A stretch of 64,000 nt of DNA from an uncultured Candidatus Bathyarchaeia archaeon (GTDB lineage: Archaea > Thermoproteota > Bathyarchaeia > TCS64). Positions 56,005 to 64,000 of this stretch are shown in pieces (within the stretch, counting starts at the first letter, position 1; each line of letters begins with the position of its first letter). The stretch covers positions 15,464 to 79,463 of the forward strand of contig CAZPMB010000001.1 in the NCBI GenBank assembly GCA_964587735.1, given 5' to 3'. The notes under the pieces were generated by a model. That model searched no databases. It saw only the letters and a program-made list of their open reading frames with translations, and was not told the DNA's origin. The position numbers and the translations under genes are program-made.

Positions 56005-57435
56005 CTATTCGTATGCTCTCGAAAATCTATTTCCTTGAACCACTTTCGTATGTTTATCTTTTTTGAATGGGTCTTTCCCCGTGATGCAGTATGTGCAAAG
56101 TTTACCTTCTGGAAGCCCAATGGCCCTGATGACGTTTTCAGGTGAGTTATACCTCACCTTGTTTATCGATGGTAAGTTTGAGGCAACCAGATCGCCGATC
56201 TCGGGGAGGCTATGACCTTCGTAGGGTGCTGCCGCAAGGACCTTGTCTGGCGGGTCTGAGAAACATGAGTGGATGATTGGAGCGTAGCTGACGAGGTAAT
56301 CCACACCCTTTGCCCCAGCTTTGATTAGGTTCTTGGCGACGGATTCGCTCACGGTTCCACGGACGATGCTATCATCTGTTATGATGACCCTTCTTTCCTT
56401 AATAGTCTCTCTTATTATGTTATGCTTTAGGTCCGAGGCTATCTTCCTGTACTCTGGATCGTCGATGATGTACGTCCTCCCTAGGTAGGCGTTTTTTATG
56501 ACGCCCTCGTCTGCTGTGACGCCAAGCGCCTCAGCGACGCCGACACAGACGGAACGGCCAGAATCTGGGATAGGGATCACTACCAAATTATCAACGGGTT
56601 CGTAGAGGTTGCTATAGAATTTCTTGAGCGAATGGGTCTCAACAAGTGCATGGCCAAGCCTCTTTCTAACGGAGTGGACGTTCCTCCCCTCAATGACTGA
56701 GTCAGGCCTGCCAAAATAGACCCACTCGAAAGCGCAATGAGCGTACTTTGGCTCTATGAGTTGTAACTCCATCAGTCCATTTTCGTTCCTCCTGATCAAA
56801 GAACCGGGAATTACATCCCTCCTCTTGTCGATTTTCTGACCCATGGTCTCTGTAACGTCGATTGGAGCAGATTCCGAGGTTATAAAGAGCTCTTCGTCGT
56901 TCGACCCGAGATATAATGGCCTGATGCCTCTCTTATCCCTCGTTGCGATGAGTTCGCTCCTTTCATTGTCCTTGTCAAGCAAGGCCATCACCATCGAAAA
57001 ATACGTATTGGGTAACTCCAACATCGTCTCAGCAATTGCCGCATCGATCTCAGCACCGGCATCCATTTTCTTCAGGATCAAGCTTCCCAAGACCTCCTCG
57101 TTGAGCCCCGACACACGCTCTTGCACATGCCCGTCCAAAGCAATGGCGATTTTGAAGCGTTCTGATTCCAGTTCTAAAGGAGGAAGCCTGCCCTTGTTGG
57201 CGTTCTCGCCAGAAGCGCATCCAATCGCGACGTAGTCGTTCGGGTGCATGAAGGATTTGAATTGATCCCTGAAGACGTTCGAGACGAGGCCTTCACCCTT
57301 CCATGTCCTGATGGAATGGTCGCCGGCAGCCGACATGCCAGAGCTCTCCTGACCCCTGTGCTGGACGCCATAGAGTACGTTGAGGGCCTTCTGGATCGCG
57401 TTGTCCTTGGAGTATACGCCGACTACACCCTGCAT
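56005..57435 (-). CDS. purF: Amidophosphoribosyltransferase homologue (PurF family) whose N-terminal nucleophile Cys is replaced by Gln
   Basis: MQGVVGVYS...LYGVQHRGQESSGM (canonical PurF is MCGIVGI...HRGQESAGI); PRTase motifs IPIPDSGR, ITDDSIVRGTVS, HSCF. GGTGG Shine-Dalgarno before the ATG at 57435. Confidence 0.8.
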   Translation of the reverse strand: MQGVVGVYSKDNAIQKALNVLYGVQHRGQESSGMSAAGDHSIRTWKGEGLVSNVFRDQFKSFMHPNDYVAIGCASGENANKGRLPPLELESERFKIAIALDGHVQERVSGLNEEVLGSLILKKMDAGAEIDAAIAETMLELPNTYFSMVMALLDKDNERSELIATRDKRGIRPLYLGSNDEELFITSESAPIDVTETMGQKIDKRRDVIPGSLIRRNENGLMELQLIEPKYAHCAFEWVYFGRPDSVIEGRNVHSVRKRLGHALVETHSLKKFYSNLYEPVDNLVVIPIPDSGRSVCVGVAEALGVTADEGVIKNAYLGRTYIIDDPEYRKIASDLKHNIIRETIKERRVIITDDSIVRGTVSESVAKNLIKAGAKGVDYLVSYAPIIHSCFSDPPDKVLAAAPYEGHSLPEIGDLVASNLPSINKVRYNSPENVIRAIGLPEGKLCTYCITGKDPFKKDKHTKVVQGNRFSRAYE

Positions 57436-57889
57436 ATTCCACCATTGGAAAACCTTAGGATAAAAAATCAACGACCAACTAGTGACTGTGACGTTGTCAG
57501 ATTTATAGAACCATAGCAATTTTTCGCGCCAGCAGGCTTCTATCCTATAACCCATTTACAATTTTTTTTAGGAGCTTTGTCCCCATTGACCCAACAAGAA
57601 CTCGCTTCATAACTCTATGGATGACTATGGTCATATCTGCATCGACCTCAACCATCATCTGATTCGACTGACAACGCCGTTGGATTGTTGTGAGAACTAA
57701 CAGAGAATAGAATTAGTTGCCTTGGCCTCGCCAGTGTCGCACTAAACCGAGCTTGAAATGAATAGAATGAAACCTGAGAGGGGAAAAGAAGACATAACTC
57801 TTTTTAGCTCTCACTAAGTTATAGTTTCTATGTCCAATAAAGCTATAATTGAATTTTACTATATGAAATAAAGGTAAAATGGCAGGATA

Positions 57890-58171
57890 TTAAGAAAACC
57901 ATTTAATATAGTGTGATCTACGTTCATTAAACCTCTTTTTTAACTCTTTCAGTATTACGCCTCCACCTATTAAGATGGATGATGCTAACAAGATGAAACC
58001 AAGACTGAGGTATGCGACAACAGACCATACCACGCCAGTCTGTACTCCAATATTAAAAACTCGAGCCAAAAAGTAGCCTAGAAAGGGTATGAACAACTCA
58101 TCAGGAGTGGGAATAATTATATAGATTGCCAAGACCATTAGAACAAAGGCGAGTGGTGTTCTTTTCATCAT
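57890..58171 (-). CDS. Hypothetical small membrane protein in an AT-rich island
   Basis: 93 aa, 2-3 predicted transmembrane helices, low GC; weak support. Confidence 0.3.
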   Translation of the reverse strand: MMKRTPLAFVLMVLAIYIIIPTPDELFIPFLGYFLARVFNIGVQTGVVWSVVAYLSLGFILLASSILIGGGVILKELKKRFNERRSHYIKWFS

Positions 58172-58937
58172 GATTCGAAGTCTGACAAATTCGACCTATG
58201 CCATTTCCGGTGTCTCAAACGATGGCTATTCTGTATTGTTACAAATTGACTTTAAAAAGTCTTAATAGCTTTTATCCAGTTAACATATATGTACAATGAA
58301 TTGTTAGATCCATACGTGCAGGAGTCTATTTCTTTTTTTGTACAAATTCCCCTTTTATTGCATTTAATTTGTTAAAATTCAAATAATATTTTCAAATAAT
58401 ATTTATTTCTTTAAACAATTTAATTGCGTTATATGTCGCAAAAATTAGAGACATTACTTTAATATACGGAACTTTACACGTATAAGTTAAACAACCCCTT
58501 CTGATATGAGAAAAAATCTAACCCTTTTTTATTTGCAATGAACTCCACAAACGCGCGCGTGGATTTTAAGTTAAAATACATTGGGCCTATATCTGGCGAC
58601 AGTGTGACAATAGACCAATTGGACGCATTGGATTTTAGAATTGAGGTTCCCCCCAAACAATTGATTTCGTGGGCAACTTTATATACGCTGGACAAAGAAT
58701 TACGCATCAATAGCTATCTGGTCTTTTTACTTTTCAAATTTTTTTTTATTCTCCTATCCATATTTCAACAATCTTAAGCAATTCAAAGAACATTCTGGTA
58801 AATTTCAAGTATTGTTGTATTCTCGTCGAACACACATAATTTCGAAACAAACATTCTCTCAATATGTTAAACGAATCGATGAACGCTAAGCATGATGATA
58901 GACAATAATAATGGAAGTTTTCACACGATTCAGCAAC

Positions 58938-59588
58938 TCAAGTTACGTAATGGGTGAAAATAAGGTATACGCCTACAACGATAAGGGTTAACCCACTCGC
59001 CCTCTGAAACCATGGGGTGAACCGATGAACTCTCTTGATTAAGACCTCTTTCGCTTCTGCAACGAGGATGCTTGTCAACATCAAAGGGGCGCCCATACCC
59101 ATGGCGTAAGCTGCGAAGGTCAGCACCCCGTTAGCTAGGCCTTTTGAAATGGCATAGAACAGGAGGGAAAGGAATATTGGTGCCGAGCAGCCTGCGCTCG
59201 CTAACCCATACATAAATCCGAACAGATAGAAGCCGATGTGACCCTTCGTATCAGGGGCTACGAAGGGGACACTGATATAAGGCAGATTGACCTGCATCGT
59301 CGTCGCTAATCCTAATACGATCAGTATAACTCCGGTAAACAGGTTCATCATCGGTATCAGCTGTGGTAGAAGCACCCCGAAGCCGGAGGCAAGCAGCCCC
59401 ACGGAAGAAAATACCGTAATTAGACCGAGTGTACAGGCGATAGCGCCCGAGATGGCTTTTCCAACAGATAAACCTGGGCCTAGGTAGAATGAGATGTAGC
59501 CAGGGAGTAAAGCGTAGCCGCATGGCGAGAAAATGGAGAATATGCCGGCTGTGAACGCGAAAGCAAGCCCAGATAATTGGATACTCAT
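58938..59588 (-). CDS. ccdA: Cytochrome c-type biogenesis / thiol-disulfide electron-transfer membrane protein CcdA (DsbD-core family)
   Basis: SIFSPCGYALLPGYISFY and a second Cys region ASAGCSAPIF; ~6 transmembrane helices. Confidence 0.8.
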   Translation of the reverse strand: MSIQLSGLAFAFTAGIFSIFSPCGYALLPGYISFYLGPGLSVGKAISGAIACTLGLITVFSSVGLLASGFGVLLPQLIPMMNLFTGVILIVLGLATTMQVNLPYISVPFVAPDTKGHIGFYLFGFMYGLASAGCSAPIFLSLLFYAISKGLANGVLTFAAYAMGMGAPLMLTSILVAEAKEVLIKRVHRFTPWFQRASGLTLIVVGVYLIFTHYVT

Positions 59589-59600
59589 CTCACATCCTTC

Positions 59601-60119
59601 CTAGTGGATCAGTGTTAGGATCTCCCTCTCGAGCGTTGTCTCAGGCGTCAGCCCCTCGTGCCTGAACGCTATCCTACCCTGCATGTCCAGGAGCACAAAC
59701 GTAGGCACGGACTTCACGCTGAGGAGCTGACTCACAGGAGGATCGGCTAAATCTCTGGCGTGAATCCAATCTACGTCCCATGTGTTCTTCCAATCCCTCA
59801 ACTTATCCTCGTTATCATAGGATGGATCAACACTGATGGTGATCAACACGACCTTCTCACCGAACTCTTCATGCAGTTTAATTAACTCCGGCATAGAGGC
59901 TCTACAAAAGCTACACCATGTTGCCATGAAGTCTAGGAGGACAACACTGCCCCTGAAATCGTTTAGATGGAAAACCCCATCATCGATGTCTGAAAGTGAA
60001 AAGTCCAATTGCTCTCCCTTTGGCTGAAAGATATACCACCCACCGAAAATCAGCGCCAGGAGCACTACACCGACTATCAACCAATGTGACCATTGAAACC
60101 TCCCCAATCGCTTGTCCAC
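59601..60119 (-). CDS. Membrane-anchored thioredoxin-like thiol:disulfide oxidoreductase (TlpA/ResA-like)
   Basis: N-terminal transmembrane segment then LLDFMATWCSFCRASMPEL (WCxxC). Immediately downstream of ccdA. Confidence 0.75.
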   Translation of the reverse strand: MDKRLGRFQWSHWLIVGVVLLALIFGGWYIFQPKGEQLDFSLSDIDDGVFHLNDFRGSVVLLDFMATWCSFCRASMPELIKLHEEFGEKVVLITISVDPSYDNEDKLRDWKNTWDVDWIHARDLADPPVSQLLSVKSVPTFVLLDMQGRIAFRHEGLTPETTLEREILTLIH

Positions 60120-60357
60120 CTTGTTTCTTCTCAGCCATCCTCAATTTCATACACCAATTTAATCTTGACGTATTTCTGATTCACCAGCTATAAACGACCC
60201 TGTCTATGTCCAACTGTCAATCTACCGATTGTGACAAGTAATTTCGATACCTCAGGCTTGAATTAGCTTTCTCAATCATATCTGTATCACGGCGTATTTG
60301 TCGACTTTCCTTTCGTTGAAACATGTCGTCACGCAGCCCTTTGGTTTAAAATTGTAG

Positions 60358-61260
60358 TTGAAAGTCTCCCAGGACAGTCACATTCTTTATTGTGTAAATA
60401 TCAAGTTTGAACGGTGTAGGTATTTGACCATCTATAACGAATATGGAAGACGAATCGAGGAGCAGATTAGGCCCTCCAGCTATCCCATCGCCGTGAAGCT
60501 GATTGATAGCGATCAGGACATTCCCAAAGACGCCAAGATGCCCAGGAGGGATTACGGTGCTTGCATGGCGACGTGCCAGTGCTTCGCCCTTTCGCGGAAG
60601 TACGGTGAAACCGTCGCACAGGTCTTTGAGGATATGTGGTGTCCAGAACCAGTCATAGGCTTTGGTTTTCGTGCGCCATCAAAGTACTTCGTACAAGGAC
60701 ATAATCGGTATCCCGGAGGGGTAGTTTCGTTGGAGGCTGGGGCCAATTGGGCTAAAGGGTTTCCAAGGCTCGAGGCAGGGAGGCATATCGGCTTGGTCTC
60801 CGCGCCCCTCAGGATGGCAACCTTCGAGCCTGATGTTGCCGTGATCTATTGCAACTCTGCCCAGCTCCTGCGGCTACTGTTGGGTATTGCATACGAGGAT
60901 GGAAGGGACGTTGACACTGTTCTCAGCGGTCACGCGGCTTGTGTTTATGCGGTCGTCCCGGCAATATTGAATGGGAAGTGTCAAGTGGCTGTCCCATGTA
61001 GGGGTGACAGGGGTCGAGCTGGCGCATATGATGATGAGATGATTTTCTCAGTACCTAAGACGCAGATCGGTAGGCTTGCCCACGGGCTTGAACAGAATGG
61101 CACAGGCCATTACCCGACGGGCATCTCAATGGTCCCAGAGTATGAGCTGTCCACAAGTTATGCTGAACTGGCTCGACAGTTGGGAATGAAGAAGGCAGAC
61201 TGCTCGGAGATAAGGGGAAATACGGATGAGGAACGGAAGCGTTCACTGCAATACAGGTAA
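60358..61260 (+). CDS. DUF169-family protein (start uncertain)
   Basis: YPIAVKLIDSD... N-terminal DUF169-like motif and conserved Cys/His (CMATCQC). No ATG before residue ~60, so a TTG/GTG start is assumed. Confidence 0.45.
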   Translation: MKVSQDSHILYCVNIKFERCRYLTIYNEYGRRIEEQIRPSSYPIAVKLIDSDQDIPKDAKMPRRDYGACMATCQCFALSRKYGETVAQVFEDMWCPEPVIGFGFRAPSKYFVQGHNRYPGGVVSLEAGANWAKGFPRLEAGRHIGLVSAPLRMATFEPDVAVIYCNSAQLLRLLLGIAYEDGRDVDTVLSGHAACVYAVVPAILNGKCQVAVPCRGDRGRAGAYDDEMIFSVPKTQIGRLAHGLEQNGTGHYPTGISMVPEYELSTSYAELARQLGMKKADCSEIRGNTDEERKRSLQYR

Positions 61261-61480
61261 ACATACGAAGTCAAAAATATTGTTGCATCAACAATATTTT
61301 TACGTATGACTTCTGGACAAGAATGTCTGAAGGAGACAATTTTCAAATAGTTTAACACTGGATTACGTAATGACATTAACGCTGAACATGAAATGACTCT
61401 AGCATATCCTTTTTATTACGGCGGTTTGTGGGAATACAAAGGACGAAGAGAACGACTTAGGAAGGAACTAAGGTTTGTTC

Positions 61481-61963
61481 ATGGGAAGGGACTCTATAGC
61501 GCCTTTCGTCGCCTCGCCAATCCCTGTCGTGAGGAAGATGCTGGAGTGTGCAGAGCTAAAACCCGGAGAGACGCTCTACGACCTAGGCAGCGGAGACGGC
61601 AGGATAGTCATCATGGCGGCACAGGAATTTGGCGCACGTGGTGTCGGCGTGGAGATGAACAGAAGGCTTATCGACGAGGCCATTGAGAAGATGCAGGAGC
61701 TAGGACTCAGCGATAGGGTCAGATTCATTCACGGCAACATATTCAGTGTAGACCTGAGCCCTGCCGATGTAGTCACAATGTACCTCACAACGGGAGCGAA
61801 CGAGAAGGTGAGGCCAAAGCTCGAGAAGGAGCTAAAGCTAGGCGCAAGGATCGTGTCCCACGACTTCTACATCCCAGGCTGGGAGAACTCTACGAACTTC
61901 AAGTTCAACGAAGGATACAGGACCCACAACATATATCTGTACGAGTGGAATCGAAAAGCCTAA
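61481..61963 (+). CDS. Small class I SAM-dependent methyltransferase
   Basis: ETLYDLGSGDGRIVIMAA motif I and VRFIHGNIF. ATG at 61481 with a GGAAGGA Shine-Dalgarno. Confidence 0.65.
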   Translation: MGRDSIAPFVASPIPVVRKMLECAELKPGETLYDLGSGDGRIVIMAAQEFGARGVGVEMNRRLIDEAIEKMQELGLSDRVRFIHGNIFSVDLSPADVVTMYLTTGANEKVRPKLEKELKLGARIVSHDFYIPGWENSTNFKFNEGYRTHNIYLYEWNRKA

Positions 61964-62039
61964 CTACATGCAACTGAGCCATATTGAACCAAAACCCTCA
62001 ATCGTTTTAACAAGTAACCACTGTCTGCGATAATGGCAT

Positions 62040-62729
62040 CTATCCGTTCTCTAGGCCGGCCAGAAATTCCGGTAACTCGCATATGCTGGAGATTGCATAT
62101 CCCGTCCATGGTTGAGACTCTGCGTTTCTTATCCATACAGGAATTATCCCTGCATTAATGGCACCCTTCATGTCGGTCTCGATGCTGTCCCCAACATGAA
62201 CAGCCTCGCTAGACTCAACGCCGAGCCTCTCCAAGACGTATCTGAAGATTTCTGGGTTTGGCTTCCTGATACCGATGTCTCGGGAACAAAGGATGACCTT
62301 GAAGTATTTAGCCATTCCAGCCCGTTTAAGCACGAACCTCGGCTGGTCGCTCATGGTGTTTGACAAGAGGGCTATCGAATAATGTTCTGAGACGTTTCGC
62401 AGTACGTCTTCGGTGCATGGGAAGAGGTTCTGCTTATAATGTTCTCTGAATATGTCATGGATCATCTCAAGGGTTCTTCTTTCAGGTGGCACGCCAGCGG
62501 TCGTGAGGGCTGACCTATAAACCTCTTCAAGGGTCATCTCCTCACCTTTTGCCCTCACCCTCTCAAGCTCCTCAAGCGAACCCTTGATTGCCTTTTTCAA
62601 CCTATCTAGTTCAACCGAGTTTCCCAACCCCCTTAGCATACTGTGAATCGCGCTGTGGAACTCGTTCCATTCTATTCGACCAGAGGCGAGGGTTCCGCCG
62701 AAGTCCAGTATGACCGCCTTGATGACCAT
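62040..62729 (-). CDS. HAD-superfamily hydrolase
   Basis: Motif I VILDFGGTL, motif III/IV K...GDSIETDMKGAINAG. Confidence 0.8.
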   Translation of the reverse strand: MVIKAVILDFGGTLASGRIEWNEFHSAIHSMLRGLGNSVELDRLKKAIKGSLEELERVRAKGEEMTLEEVYRSALTTAGVPPERRTLEMIHDIFREHYKQNLFPCTEDVLRNVSEHYSIALLSNTMSDQPRFVLKRAGMAKYFKVILCSRDIGIRKPNPEIFRYVLERLGVESSEAVHVGDSIETDMKGAINAGIIPVWIRNAESQPWTGYAISSICELPEFLAGLENG

Positions 62730-62862
62730 CTAAAATATAATTACGAGCAAGCTATTTTTTATTTATCAATTTTATCTCACTCGTGATTTATCGAAGCCTT
62801 GTCTTTTTGGGATTCGCTTGAGCCGCCCTTCAATGCATCGAGAGGACTTAAAAAAAGGGGAT

Positions 62863-63181
62863 TTAGGGTTTTGCCATCTTCTTCGCCATGTCAACGATTA
62901 TCGGTATGCTCATCTCGGCAGACGAGACACCGACGCTGAATGGTAGCAGCGAGGCCGCCTCTATCTCGTGCTTTGAGGCCCCAGCCCTGAAGGCTTCTGC
63001 CACGAAGTGTTTAAGGGCTCCTGGGTCCCTAGTAGCTGAATAGATGCCGACGAGGACGAGGAGCCGTGTTTTCTCGTTTAGGGCTCCTTGGACGTTAGCC
63101 TCTCTTGATAGCTCCTGGAATGACCTTGATACCCTCGGGGCATTCTTCACTGAATATCTCCCACGCGCTCTTCTCGCTCAT
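62863..63181 (-). pseudogene. Carboxymuconolactone decarboxylase (CMD/AhpD-like) family gene interrupted by an apparent 1-nt frameshift near 63118-63125
   Basis: The ATG at 63181 gives MSEKSAWEIFSEECPEGIK... then a stop after 28 aa. The -1 frame continues ...SFQELSREANVQGALNEKTRLLVLVG... to 62863. Spliced together, the two pieces read as one typical ~118-aa CMD protein. Confidence 0.5.
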
Positions 63182-63366
63182 TGGATCGCCTAAAGAAGGT
63201 CTGATCACGTTGGGATATATGTAGATTACAAGGGTATTCGGTTGTTCAATGCCTGAGAAGCCGATTGTGGTCGTTGATTGATATCATGTCGTTGGCTCGA
63301 ATTGCACCTTATAGGTTAAATACCGTGTTTCTATCAATGGAGTAAAGAACTCGACGAGGCGTTTGC

Positions 63367-64000
63367 GTGGTGGACAGGTTCAGGGGCGACGTTGACACGA
63401 TTGTGAGGAAGATGAGGAAAGAGATGGATGACAACGGGTACGCCAAGATGCTCGCCCTCAAGGAGAGGCTCCTCAAGCTCAACAGCCAGAACCTTGTGAA
63501 GATCAACCATTCGGTCATGGAGCTCGTCGCTGCGAAGCACCTGATTCAAAATGGTTTCGATGTGGAGCTCGAGCACAGCCTCAACGGAGTCTCGTGCGAC
63601 ATCTACGCAGTGAAGGGGTACGGTTCAGTCATTGTAGAGGTCGAGACTGGGTTTGTGCCCCCTGAGCACGCTGTCGACCCGCTTAACTACCTCAATGCAC
63701 GGAACGCAAGCAAGATGATCAGGTACAGCGGCTTCGCAAACAAATTCATTCTAGCCACACCCCCCTATTACGTAATGAAGATCCCCCTGGCCTTGACGAA
63801 GCCCCCCCGGTTCAGAACACAGGAGGAGATCTCAGAGATTAAGGGGCTCTGCGACCTCTATTACACGAGCCCGCCGGTCTCCGTTGAGGAGATCAGGAAC
63901 GCTAGGCTCCACTCAATCTTCGCGGTTGATGTCGACAAGGTCTCTGTGAGGGAGTGGGAGGTCAATGAGTACCTTGATAAGACCGGAATCTGGAACACCT
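63367..64000 (+). CDS. Hypothetical protein, 3' end beyond the window; possible PD-(D/E)xK-like nuclease fold
   Basis: Open frame from GTG 63367 / ATG 63412 to the window end (not in the track because there is no stop). SCDIYAVKGYGSVIVEVETG resembles a D-x(n)-E-x-K core. Weak. Confidence 0.4.
   Translation, partial: MVDRFRGDVDTIVRKMRKEMDDNGYAKMLALKERLLKLNSQNLVKINHSVMELVAAKHLIQNGFDVELEHSLNGVSCDIYAVKGYGSVIVEVETGFVPPEHAVDPLNYLNARNASKMIRYSGFANKFILATPPYYVMKIPLALTKPPRFRTQEEISEIKGLCDLYYTSPPVSVEEIRNARLHSIFAVDVDKVSVREWEVNEYLDKTGIWNT

Noticed and set aside
57436-57555. N-terminal 40-aa extension of the PurF-like ORF (track start at 57555)
   Set aside because: The conserved PurF N-terminus begins exactly at MQGVVG (ATG 57435) with a GGTGG Shine-Dalgarno upstream. 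The extension has no homology and would bury the Ntn residue.
1-64000. CRISPR arrays, tRNA and rRNA genes
   Set aside because: No series of regularly spaced 25-40-bp direct repeats was seen. No cloverleaf-compatible segment with a T-loop (GTTCRAATC) and matching acceptor stem was found in the intergenic regions by eye; tRNAscan or Infernal would be decisive. No rRNA-like conserved stretches were seen.

Overview
This window reads as an archaeal chromosomal fragment of about 55–60% GC, with a few AT-rich islands. Many starts are Shine-Dalgarno-led, and some use GTG or TTG. It is gene-dense, with about 64 protein genes. I could not recognise any rRNA, tRNA or CRISPR array. The content is dominated by anaerobic C1 and energy metabolism.

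Features I can support:
- A complete archaeal-type CO dehydrogenase/acetyl-CoA decarbonylase-synthase operon, cdhA-B-C-D-E plus two tandem cooC/acsF maturases, sits on the minus strand at 1–8221.
- It is transcribed divergently from a bacterial-type methylene-tetrahydrofolate (THF) reductase pair, metF-metV, at 8378–9952.
- Further on, a four-subunit group-3b (sulfhydrogenase-like) NiFe hydrogenase, hydBGDA, lies at 41820–45734.
- It is convergent with an FdsGBA-like cytoplasmic formate dehydrogenase at 46379–52697. Its catalytic subunit is Cys-type, and its NuoF-like beta subunit is a 1036-aa fusion with an N-terminal thioredoxin-like [2Fe-2S] domain and a C-terminal GltD-like NADPH/FAD module.
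- Housekeeping genes include gltX, the conserved archaeal L7Ae–S28e–L24e–ndk cluster, topoisomerase I, NucS, TBP, ilvD, a ubiX-type flavin prenyltransferase, an Sm protein and signal peptidase I. The PurF homologue in this set has lost its catalytic Cys.
- Other recognisable genes are a Tes-like (GDGT/MAS-type) radical SAM gene with a divergent TrmB regulator, a ThrC–PadR fusion, a gdh / DapB-like amine dehydrogenase / Lrp-like regulator neighbourhood, and a ccdA–tlpA thiol-disulfide pair.

The gene content suggests an uncultured anaerobic archaeon with a hybrid Wood–Ljungdahl pathway, such as a Bathyarchaeia-like lineage. I hold that placement with low confidence. All calls rest on reading the supplied translations and motifs, not on database searches.
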